A DNA stretch of 33,370 nt. Origin: Chrysochromulina tobinii (taxonomy: Eukaryota). Position 1 is the stretch's first letter; every line of letters starts with the position of its first letter. The position numbers were made by a program, and so were the translations under genes. The stretch is from positions 1 through 33,370 of the forward strand of contig JWZX01002482.1 in NCBI GenBank assembly GCA_001275005.1. The letters run 5' to 3'. The notes under the pieces were generated by a model. The model was not told where the DNA came from, made no database searches, and worked only from the letters and a program-made list of their open reading frames with translations. Below are positions 19,138 to 28,635 of the stretch, piece by piece.

Positions 19138-21118
19138 CAAGCTGGTGCTCGCGCTGCCGCTCGCCGACGTCACGAGCGCGCAAGCACAGGTGCTCAACCG
19201 CTCTGGCGGCGCGCCCGTCGCCCTGAACAAGCCAGCGTCGCTGGCGCGGATGCAGCGCGTCTTTGCCTCGCCCCAGGCCCTGCTCTCGTCGCCGCGCTCC
19301 TCGGCGGGCTCCACGCCATCCTCGTTGACTCGCATCGTCGTCGACACTGTGTGGACGGGCGGCGCGGCGGCCGTTGAGGCTGTCAGAGGCCTGACGTCGG
19401 TGATCAAGTCCTTGCAAAAGGATATGCGCTCGGCCGCCAAGGCGAGCGAGGCTCGCGACGTCGAGGCCGCGGCCGTGGCTCGGAGCACGAGAGGCGAGCT
19501 CTTGGGTGAGTTCGACTCGGTGCGCGAGACCATCGTTTCCGAGGCATGTGCGATCAAGGATGAGGTTGTCGATGCGGCAGCCCTCATCACAGATCAGCTC
19601 GAGGAAGCTGCCGCTGCGGCCAGGATCGAGGCAAGGGAGGCCCAAGCTCGCGCCGCGGAGGCCAGGGCCGAGGCCGAAGCGCGCGCTGGGGAGGCCAGGG
19701 CCGAGGCCGAGGCGCAAGCTAATTATCGCAAGGAGCAACGCGCGGCGCAGCTCGCGGAGAAGAAGGCGCGCCTGGACGCCGAAGCGCGCGCACGGGACGC
19801 CAACCGAACCATCGCCGGTGTGCTCGTCGACATAAAGCAGGACACAGTCAGTACCAAGGACATCACCCGCGCGGCCGCCGTGCAGGTGATGGAGGCGGCA
19901 GCCAAGATGTCCGAGGCAGCTGGGGTGGTGGCTGGCGTGGCTGAGGACCTCACGGATGCTACCGAGCAGGCGATTGACGCGGCAGCCGCGATGTCGGCGG
20001 CATCCAAAGTGGTGGTTCGCGCGGGTAATGCCGTCAAGGATGCTGCCGAGCAGATGGTGTTCTCGATCGACGAGATGACGATCTCGATCGACGACATCAA
20101 GTCGGGTGAATGGCTCGCCAAGGTCATCAATCCCCTCATTGCAGGTAAGCACATGGTAGACGAGGAGATGCTCCAGGAGGCGCTCGCCAAGAAGAAAGCC
20201 AAGGCGGCATCGTCGTGTGCGCCCGTCGTCCCGGCAGGAGTGTGCAAGTCCTCGCGGACCGCCGCCACTTCGGCACGCGGCAAGGCTCCGGCAGCCTCGG
20301 TCGCACCCTCGACCCGTTCGACCAGGGCGAGCGTGTCAAAGCCTGCGCCGCCGCCCGCTGTCAAGGGCGGCAAGACGGCCAAGGGTGGCAAGGCGGCCGC
20401 AGGCACGATGGCCAACAAGGTCGGCGAGGATCTCGCCCCCTCGGAGGACTGGCTCAAGCGCGTCCAGGCGGCGGGCGAGACCATCCGGATGGTCATCAAC
20501 AGCGCCGTGACGAACGACAAGCTCGAGGAGACGCTCGAGGCGCTCGGCGAGGGCATCGTGAAGGCGATCTCTGCGCTTGAGTGCCAGGTCGTGTTCGCCA
20601 TCCTAGAGTCCCTCGAGTATGTCTTCGATCAGCTGGGCCCGGCCGTGGGGCCTCTGCTGCTGTGCGGTGCCGCGGCTAAGGACGGCACGGTACTAGATGC
20701 GCTGCTCAAGGCCGCCGCCAACCCGAAGTCCGCCCTTGTGCGCGAGGCCGCGCAGGCTACTGCCGTGCGCCTCATCAAGATTGCGCCGTCCGAGGACGTG
20801 CTCAAAGTTGTGCTTCGCGTCGGGCGCAACGAGGCGAGCGCTGCCAAGACGTGCGTGTGTGCGGCGGAGCTCCTCAGCCTCCTTGTCACGCACCTGCCCA
20901 AGCTACCCGCCAAGCTGAGCAATGGTGTGGAACTATGCCTCATCAAGCTCCTCCAAGCGCCTCAAGAGGACGTGCGCGAGGTGGGCGCCAACGCGCTCAT
21001 GTGCTTTTATGCGGTTGGCTGCAGCAGCGAAGCGCTCGCCATCATCGACAAGGTGACGGTGGACAATATGCCCCTGCGCAACAAGCTCTTCAAGCAGCTG
21101 GGGACTGACGCAGCATGA
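18779..21118 (+). CDS. Hypothetical protein (~779 aa): unknown N-terminal domain, long coiled coil, C-terminal HEAT/TOG(CLASP)-like helical domain
   Basis: Intronless ORF with strong GC3 bias. SEDWLKRVQAA and the following helical pairs resemble TOG/HEAT repeats (tentative). The ATG at 18779 aligns with the paralog's ATG at 17609. Confidence 0.7.
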   Translation: MPISEPACPTLSLVTFELPAFTDLNGKRHNARFCYTSVSAKNGAVRWAYSGSSVQRKEKLRKANPLLKEAPLSYLQHLEADEPKHYAELLHATFGTAPTGTMQKVFSALLAEHLSCADKRKLVLALPLADVTSAQAQVLNRSGGAPVALNKPASLARMQRVFASPQALLSSPRSSAGSTPSSLTRIVVDTVWTGGAAAVEAVRGLTSVIKSLQKDMRSAAKASEARDVEAAAVARSTRGELLGEFDSVRETIVSEACAIKDEVVDAAALITDQLEEAAAAARIEAREAQARAAEARAEAEARAGEARAEAEAQANYRKEQRAAQLAEKKARLDAEARARDANRTIAGVLVDIKQDTVSTKDITRAAAVQVMEAAAKMSEAAGVVAGVAEDLTDATEQAIDAAAAMSAASKVVVRAGNAVKDAAEQMVFSIDEMTISIDDIKSGEWLAKVINPLIAGKHMVDEEMLQEALAKKKAKAASSCAPVVPAGVCKSSRTAATSARGKAPAASVAPSTRSTRASVSKPAPPPAVKGGKTAKGGKAAAGTMANKVGEDLAPSEDWLKRVQAAGETIRMVINSAVTNDKLEETLEALGEGIVKAISALECQVVFAILESLEYVFDQLGPAVGPLLLCGAAAKDGTVLDALLKAAANPKSALVREAAQATAVRLIKIAPSEDVLKVVLRVGRNEASAAKTCVCAAELLSLLVTHLPKLPAKLSNGVELCLIKLLQAPQEDVREVGANALMCFYAVGCSSEALAIIDKVTVDNMPLRNKLFKQLGTDAA

Positions 21119-21666
21119 ATGTGTGGATATGAGGAGCTAAATGGTCGCCCGCCTCCTCGCGGCGCACCTCGGGCAATGCCGGTCATCCCATCGACTCAGT
21201 ATCCACTGACCAAGGTGCGCGCGCGGTTGCGGCGGCGGCTGATGTGCGCGGCGAAACACCTACGAACAGTGATAACAGAACTTTTACCTCAGAGCGGCGG
21301 GGTCCGGTAGCAAAGAGGCGACCAGGACTACATACGTGTGTGAGTCTCATTCGCATCTGCCGTGTGTGAGCAGTCGAGATGTGTGGGACACGTGTGCGTC
21401 AGGGAGGGTGTGCGCGGTCTGTCTGCGGCGCGGTGCTATGCGCCACGGTGTCCCTGAGCGTGAGCCTGAGTGCCTGACCCCCGCCCTTCGCTCTTGCCAG
21501 TGTGAGCTGTGTGAGCTGTGTGGGCCCGCGCTGGGTGACTGTGGCTGTGTGGGCGTGGAGAGAGTCGAGGAGAGAGGAAACTATGCAGCGCATTTTTTAC
21601 GTCACGACCGTTCAATCAGCAGTGTCAGGCTGCTGATGACACACACGTGCCGCAACCCGCTGTCCG

Positions 21667-24363
21667 TCAATCAAATTCGCCCCTCGCGAAGAATTTGAGC
21701 CATTCGGATAAAGCTTCGTCCGCGAGCTCGCTAGGTGCGGCTGGGGCTACCAACTGCTCGGCGCCGCACTGCGAGGCGAGCCACCAGAGTTCCATGCCGT
21801 CGCTGATCTCGTCGTTGCCAGGGCCCACACCCGAAAGTTCCCACACGCGCGGCCAGAGGGCAGAGAGCGCCGTGCCGGGCGGCACCACCCGCATCTCGCT
21901 CGCGCTCAGCATGGCCGCGAGCTCCGATCTCGTGAACTGCTCACCACGGCGCGCACGAGAGGCCATCAGGGAGGCCATCAGGGAGGCCATCAGAGGGGCC
22001 ATCAGAGGGGCCCTTCAGAGGGGCATTCAGAGAGGCCACCAGAGAGGCCATCAGAGGCTATCATCACCTGCACCACACCGCGAACGAGCACGAGGTCGGC
22101 AGGCTTGATCTGCGGCTCCTGACTGCTGCTGGCTAAGCTGCTGGCTGATTGCATGCTGCTAGCCGGCTGCAGCTTCGCAGTGACGTCACTCGGACTCATC
22201 AGGAAGACGCCCGAGGTGCCCAACTGCACGCCGCCCAATTCGGCGCGATGGTGCAGCCACACCTGATGAGGGAAGCCATTAAACACCATCAGACGCAATC
22301 TCAGACGCAATCTCAGACGCAATCTCAGACGCAATCTCAGACGCAATCTCAGACGCTCCTTCAGTGCCACTCCCGCCGCCCAAGACGGCGCCAGGTTCCG
22401 GCCGGTAGCAGCAACTGGGTACGAAGCTCATCAGAGAGGTCATCAGAGAGGTCATCAGAGAGGTCATCAGAGAGGTCATCAGAGAGGTCATCAGAGAGGT
22501 CATCAGAGAGGTAATCAGAGAGGTAATCAGAGAGGTAATCAGAGAGGCACCTGGGTACGAAGCTCGCGGTTGCCGCAATAGAGTGCGCGGCGCTCGGGTT
22601 TGCCTGGTAGCTGAAAGCGCATCACGTTCACAGTCGGCCTGTTGAGCACACAGGCACTGACCACGCCGCGCGCGCCCTCATCCGCCTATGCAAAGGGGGC
22701 GATCAGTGGTGATCAGAGGCGATCAGTGCAGTGGCAATATCAGGGGCAATCGGTAAGCTCATTATGAAAGGCAATCATGAGAGCCCAGCAGAGCCCATCA
22801 AGCGCGGTACCTGCAGCACGAGCAGGATCGCCTTGTGCAGGAATTGGTCCTCAAGCAAGACACGGTCCGCCGGCCGGCCTGTGACGGGCGACACCGTCGA
22901 GAGCAGCACCGTACCCACCCGAATCGTCGCGCCCATCTCGGCGCCTTGCTGGGCGCCTTGCTGGGCGCTCATCTCGGCGCTCGGCTCGGCCGCGCCCTCC
23001 GTGTCGGCGGTTGGCGTCGCGCTGCCTTGGGCGTTCTCAGCGCGACGCTCGAGCACGGCGCGGTAGTACTCCGCTGCACTCGTAGTAGCCGGCGCTCGGA
23101 GCGTCGTCTTGGGCAGCAGATGGGCGCGCACCCATTCGGTGAGCATCCGGTCGGCGAGGCTGCCTGCGCTCTGGCGCACCTGATGACGGAAGCAATTAGG
23201 AAGCAATTAGGAAGCAATTAGGCTCAGTGATGCTCAGAGGCGCTCAGAAGTCATCCGAGGCGCTCCGCATGCATCAGAGGCCATCAGTCGCGTACATCCT
23301 CTTCGCGCCCTATGCTCTTCATTAAGCTGGCCCAGGTCCCAATCCCCGTAATGGAGCCCACATTCGGCTCGTTGACCATCGAGACCTCTCCAGGCGGCGG
23401 GAGCTCGCGTGCTTCGCGGAGCATCTCCTTGAGCAGCGTCCCGCTGTCTGCCGCAGCGAGGTACCAGCTCCCACGCTGCTCCAGCTCCATCTGCAGCTGG
23501 CCAGGCGCCCAACCGCTGTAACCAACACACACCCAAAAGTCCGACCGCTTGGCCACCCCTGCCATCACAAGGGCCTTGGCGCTGTCGAGGCTGCAGTACG
23601 AGACGCCCTTGATCACGCGCGTAGAGACCTGATCAAGGGCGTAGAGTACAATCAATCAATAGAGTACAATAGAGTACAATCAGGTCTCTACAATGTACAA
23701 TAGAGTACAATCAGGTCTCTACAATCAATTGATTGATCACGCGCGTAGAGACCTGATCAATCGCAGGACGGCGGCCATCAGTCGCCATCAGTCGCCATCC
23801 ACGCTCATCAGTCGCAATCCACGCTCATCAGTGGCAATCCTCACCTGATCCACCAGGAAGCCTTCAAGCGCGTGCAGCGCGTTGATCTCGAGCTGTCCGC
23901 GCGCCTTGTCGGCGCCTAGAAAGATGCCGCCCTCGGCCACTTGGCCGTGCCCGCACCACAGGCGCCAGCCGTCCTGCTCGATCGCCGAGGGACGATTGAG
24001 GATGATGCCTTTGGTGAACGTCTCATCGTGCTGAAGAAGGAGCATGACCGACTTGTGGAAGAACTGCTGACGGAGCGCGAAGCCGAAGACCTGCTTCGTG
24101 CCGCCCATGAGGATCGAGCCCTGCTCGATGAGGGGCGTTTCGTAAGCGTAGCTGCCGGCGTAGCTGCCGTTGCTCGCCGCTGGCGTGCCGGATTCTTGTT
24201 CCTGGGCGACCAGTCGCGCGCGCATCTCACGCCAGTCGAGCTCCTCCTCGTTCATCGCGACGGATGCACGTCGTGAGAATATGACCGGAAGTGGCCGTGA
24301 GCTGATGGCCGGACGTGAGCTGATGGCGTGCGCCACCGCTGTGCACGTCATGAAAAAGAGCAT
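21667..24363 (-). CDS. Tandem AlgH/YqgE (UPF0301, DUF179) domain protein (~606 aa), probably plastid-targeted; exons 24363-23845, 23628-23296, 23179-22811, 22685-22551, 22262-22068, 21936-21667
   Basis: The first domain has LDWREMRARL, FHKSVMLLLQH...GIILNRP and VGYSGWAPGQLQMELEQRGSW. A second, degenerate copy has FLHKAILLVLQ...CVLNRP. Five phase-0 GT-AG introns give exon lengths all divisible by 3. The N-terminus is signal-like followed by an S/R-rich transit-like segment. Confidence 0.85.
22263..22550 (-). repeat. Intron containing two 12-nt minisatellites: about ten CTCTCTGAT(T/G)AC and about five GCGTCTGAGATT (sense strand)
   Basis: On the + strand, catcagagaggt/aatcagagaggt arrays occupy 22428-22547 and cagacgcaatct arrays occupy 22290-22356, between GT (22550) and AG (22263). 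Confidence 0.9.
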
Positions 24364-24725
24364 CTTCGCTAGCAGGTCCTACAGCGAATCTTTTCAGGTT
24401 ATCGCGGCGTCGCGTTCACACAGGTTTGGATTCAGTGGCTGTGAATGAGGGCGAGGGTCTTTTCTCCTCCATTACCAGGATTATCCGAGAATCTAACCGA
24501 TCGTCTTCATCACGCGCCACGCTTGCTTCTTGGCCACACGGGCCGGGCATCGCTGAGCGCCGAGGCCCTGCCCAAGGCAGCTCTCACGCGCGAGCGCAAC
24601 CGCCTCACCCCCCAGCCCCACCTCACCTACTTCAGTCCCCCCGAGACCTCGAGAAACTTCACACCGCACCCACACACCACCATGACTCAGACACGAGACG
24701 ACAAACATGCCCTCCCTAATGGTGC

Positions 24726-26084
24726 TCACTTGTGGGCGGCGAACCACTTGCGGTTCCAGTAGATCCAGTAGGCAAAGATGAAAAACATGACGAAGTCGTC
24801 GAGGTCGAGAAGGATCCAGTAGTCGACAACGATATTGTACCCGCACATGCTGCACCACCTCGAAGCAACGGTCGCGGCGACGTCGGCGACCTCCGCCGCC
24901 GCGTCGCATGGCGCATCCGCGCTTGCGACACACGCCGCCATTGAGGGATCGACGGTGCCCGCATCGGTGTTGGAGGTGGGCTCGGTGGCGCACAACTTAG
25001 AGCACCGGGAGGCGTAGAGGAAGAAGGATATGTTGTGCGCGATGACGACGTATACTAAGTAGTGGCACGCGTCATGATACATGCTGAGCGCCGTCGAGTA
25101 GGGCAGCGCGGGCAGCGAGTCCGAGGACGTGTAGTTGATGCTGGTAAGCGTGAGAACGACGGTCAGAAGGAGCGAAAGCCGATTGCCGATTTCAACCGGC
25201 GGGATGAACGTCGACACGCACGCGAGCGCGGCGAAGACGCCCGGACGCAAAATGAAGTTGGTCACGTAATACTGCGGAAATCGACTGATGCGCATGCGCA
25301 TCGTAAGAGCCGACTGCTCGCTCGTAGTATTCTCGTTCTCCGAGAGCTCCTCAGAGATGACATTCCACTCGAAGAGGCGTTTCTTGACGTCTGGCTTTAC
25401 CTCGAGGATGCCCTCCTTGATGCGCTCCGACTCCACACGCATGTAGGGGTCGCAATCAAGCTCGTACATCTTGTCCTTGTGCTTCTTGGGAAGGAAGAGT
25501 TCGACTCTCAGCTCGTGCGAGTCGTAGGGGAACCCTTCGAAGTTGAAGTCGAGCTGCACGTCCGTCTCGATCAGGCCCGTCAGGACGGCGACGGTGCGAT
25601 CGCGATCGCGATCATTGGGCTGCAGAGGCGGGAACCAGATCTCCTCCACTTCGTAATCGTCGTCGTAGACGCTTGTGGCGTCGGACACCCGGAAGAACTC
25701 CCGCTTGCCCTTGAATTCAAGATTGCCGTTTTGGACGCCCAAGGTCGGGAGCGCTTCGAGCCGCTCGAGCTCTTTCCACGCTTCCTCTTCCGAGTTGACC
25801 CGTTTGCCTTGTTCTGGCAGGAACTGCAGGGCCTCGTTGCGCGGCCGAAAGATGAGGTGGACGCGAAACACTATCTTCGCCCGCATATTCTTGCAATCGA
25901 TCTTGTTGACGGCGTGCAGCCGGCATGCGACGTAGCACGGCTCCCGCTGACGTTCCATCATATCCCTTAAAAGCTCGTTCGGGGGTGCGCGGCGCCTCCG
26001 GTTTTTAACGACTCGTTGCTCTTGTTGGCGCACGGGCGAGCGTGCAGGCCTCGGCAAGGGCGAGCGTGAAGAGCTGCGAGGCAT
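24726..26084 (-). CDS. Pentameric ligand-gated ion channel subunit, Cys-less (Pro-loop, GLIC/ELIC-like)
   Basis: It has the loop DFNFEGFPYDSHEL, pre-M1 RISRFPQYYVTNFILRP, M2 NRLSLLLTVVLTLTSINY, M2-M3 SLPALPYSTAL, M3, and a C-terminal M4 FVMFFIFAYWIYW. The first ATG is at 26084. Confidence 0.85.
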   Translation of the reverse strand: MPRSSSRSPLPRPARSPVRQQEQRVVKNRRRRAPPNELLRDMMERQREPCYVACRLHAVNKIDCKNMRAKIVFRVHLIFRPRNEALQFLPEQGKRVNSEEEAWKELERLEALPTLGVQNGNLEFKGKREFFRVSDATSVYDDDYEVEEIWFPPLQPNDRDRDRTVAVLTGLIETDVQLDFNFEGFPYDSHELRVELFLPKKHKDKMYELDCDPYMRVESERIKEGILEVKPDVKKRLFEWNVISEELSENENTTSEQSALTMRMRISRFPQYYVTNFILRPGVFAALACVSTFIPPVEIGNRLSLLLTVVLTLTSINYTSSDSLPALPYSTALSMYHDACHYLVYVVIAHNISFFLYASRCSKLCATEPTSNTDAGTVDPSMAACVASADAPCDAAAEVADVAATVASRWCSMCGYNIVVDYWILLDLDDFVMFFIFAYWIYWNRKWFAAHK

Positions 26085-26513
26085 TAGACACGCTCCTCGA
26101 CTCGTTGTTGGGGCACAGGCGAGGGTGAGGAGCGCGCGCTGGCGCGCGACGGCATAGCTCGCAATTGCGAGTGTACAGTAGCGCTCGCATTTGCGATGAC
26201 CGCCTACTGTAGTTTGCACATGTTATATAAAAATGTAATGTGTGTCCCGGCTCCCCCCGGTGTCTTTTTACCGGTATGGTAGTGCAGGCACCCATTCCTT
26301 GGCCCATCCGGGGCCCTGTGTGTGAGAGAGCGGTCGTGGCGTTCAATTGAAGTCAAACGATACAAATAACAGATTGGCGCGGCGCGCTTGCTTCCTACCC
26401 GTAGCTTGAGCTTGCTTGGCGCGCGGGGGCTCCGCAAGTTTCGCCCGGCCGGTCCTGCTGTGCTCCAGTGTGCTCGGCCCACGTTCGCACGGCCTGGTCT
26501 GACTCGTGACTGA

Positions 26514-28308
26514 ATGACTGGTGACCTTGACAATGGAACGCTCGACGTCTCGCTTGTGCACCGGACACGTCGCAGCAATTGGTTCGTCTACGTGGCCTTT
26601 CTCTTTCCGGCGCTAGCGGGCTTCCTTTTCGGCTACGACATCGGCGGAGCGTCCGGAGCAGTCCGCAGCCTGGACGTGAAGAGCAATGCGACGAGTGGCA
26701 TTCCGCTGCACGACATCGAAAACGCGCTCTACACCTCAGCCTCGCTCATGGGCGCGACGCTCGGCTCCATCCTCGTCTTTTGGATAGGTGAGCCTCTCGG
26801 CCGCCGGCGCGAGCTCATGTGTGGCTCACTGCTGTACGCCGTGGGCGCGCTCGTGTCCGGCCTCGGGCCCGGCAGCGCCGCGACGGTCGTGACCGGCCGC
26901 GCGGTGTACGGTCTTGGGATTGCCTTCTCGATGCACTCGGCGCCCGTGTACATCAGCGAGATGGCGCCCGCCGACAAGCGCGGTCTGCTCGTCTCGTTGA
27001 AAGAGGGCTTCATCGTGCTTGGCATTCTCATGGGGTTTGGGGCGACGGCGATCGCCGAGGACGTGCTGGACGAAGCGACGGTGTACCGCGCCATCTGGCT
27101 CCCGACCAGCGCGATTGCGTGCGTCATCTTCATCGGCATGTCGCTCATGCCGGAATCCGCTCGCTGGCTGCTGCTCCGTGGCGACCCCTCCGACGTGAGT
27201 CAGTCCCAAGCAACCATCCACGCTTACCCCTCGCCTACCATATTTGGAACGAGCGCCACCGGGAGCCACGGTCTCCAACGCTCGACACTCCTCGCTGAGG
27301 AGGCGACGGGGCGATCACCTTCGAGGACCGCAGCCGCGGCGGCGCTGCGCCGCTTCCGCCGCGGGGCTTCCGAGGCGGAGATCGAGGCCGAGATTGCCGA
27401 GATCGAGATGACACTCTCCGATGTGCGAGCCTCCTCCAGGGCGTCTCCCGTGCTTGCCCCCCTACAGTACTGGCTCTGAGAGCCACTGACCTGAGCCACT
27501 GATCGAGTTCACACTGATCGAGTTCACACTGATCGTGTTCACACTGATCGAGTTCACACTGATCGAGTTCACACTGATCGAGTTCACGCGATCGAAGGTG
27601 GTCGGCGCGTCCAAGAGCGGCTGGCACGAGGTGCTGCGCGCGCGCAAGGCGCTCCTCGCCGGCCTCGGACTGATCACCCTGCAGCAGCTGACTGGACAGC
27701 CGTCGGTCCTCTACTACCAAGAAGCCATCTTCGATGATGCGGGCTTCGACCACTTTGCAGCGTACGCCGCCGTCATCATCGGCAGCGCCAAGCTGGTCGC
27801 GACGCTCGTCACCGTCTTCTACGTGGACCGTTTCGGGCGGCGGCCGTTACTCTTCGCGGGGATCACCATGATGCTTGGCGCGCTGGCCGTGCTCAGCACG
27901 GCGTTCGCCTTGGGAGAGCCCTCGGGGACTGACGCGAAGCAGATCACCCTGCCCCCGGGCTGGCCGCCCGTCGTCGTGGCGGCCCTCGTGCTGTACGTGT
28001 GCGGCTACCAGGTGGGCTTCGGCCCGATTGGATGGCTCATCATCTCGGAGGTCTTCCCGCTCAGATCGCGCTCCCGCGCGCTCTCGCTCGCGGTGATCAC
28101 GAACTTTGCATGCAATCTGGGCATGACCTTTGGACTGGTGCCGATGCAGGTCGCGCTCGACGATCTGGTGCCCGGCTACGGGCAGGCGATCCTGTTCGGC
28201 ATCTACGGCGCCCTGTGCGTCTTCTCTCTCGGTTTCGTCTTCTGCTGCGTGCCCGAGACGAAAGGGAAGACGCTCGAAGAGATTGAGGAGATGTTCAACC
28301 GACGCTGA
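26514..28308 (+). CDS. MFS sugar porter (VGT/xylose-proton symporter-like), ~539 aa; exons 26514-27422, 27598-28308
   Basis: Sugar porter motifs are GFLFGYDIG, GRRREL, GRAVYGLGI, PVYISEMAP, PESARWL, QQLTGQPSVLYY, DRFGRR, GFGPIGWLIISEVFP and PETKGKTLEEIE. A phase-0 intron 27423-27597 joins the two ORFs; the exact acceptor is uncertain. Confidence 0.92.
27497..27586 (+). repeat. Intronic 15-nt tandem repeat (CACTGATCGAGTTCA)x6
   Basis: Directly visible; one unit has a single substitution. Confidence 0.93.
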
Positions 28309-28389
28309 AGCAAAAAACTAAGGGGGGAGGCCAGACCTACTTGTGCCCCCCCCTAAAAAATCAGACCTTCATTACGGTTTGTCGTTTCC

Positions 28390-28635
28390 TGTGTTTACGC
28401 GGTCGGAGGTGCGTATACGCACCCAGCGCTCGCGTAAACGCACTATCTCGCGTATACGCACCCGGGTGCGTAGACACACCTCTTGCATATACGCACCCAG
28501 CGTTCGCGTAAACGCACTTTCTCGCGTATACACACCTGGGTGCGCATTCACGCACCCTCCTGCGTTTACGCACGATGGGCCGCGTAAACGCACGATGGGC
28601 CGCGTATACGCAGGAAGGGCCGCGTATACGCAGCG
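28390..28635. repeat. Array of ~13 quasi-palindromic GCGT(A/T)(T/A)ACGC(AC) motifs at ~18-20 bp spacing; probable transposon subterminal repeats
   Basis: gcgtatacgcac, gcgtaaacgcac and gcgtttacgcac variants occur at ~28411, 28432, 28450, 28485, 28507, 28525, 28562, 28582, 28602 and 28622, with a ~74-bp higher-order duplication. Confidence 0.8.

Noticed and set aside
22002..22578. ORFs with RLRLRL, SLMTSLMT or QTQS repeats
   Set aside because: They are translations of intronic minisatellites, not proteins.
1715..26084. Functional clustering of Ca2+/signalling genes (WW-IQ-EF protein, IQ kinase, ion channel)
   Set aside because: The genes are interspersed with unrelated genes on both strands, and such domains are common in flagellate genomes.
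28390..28635. CRISPR-like array
   Set aside because: The repeats are only 10-12 nt with 6-10 nt linkers, no cas genes are present, and the context is eukaryotic.
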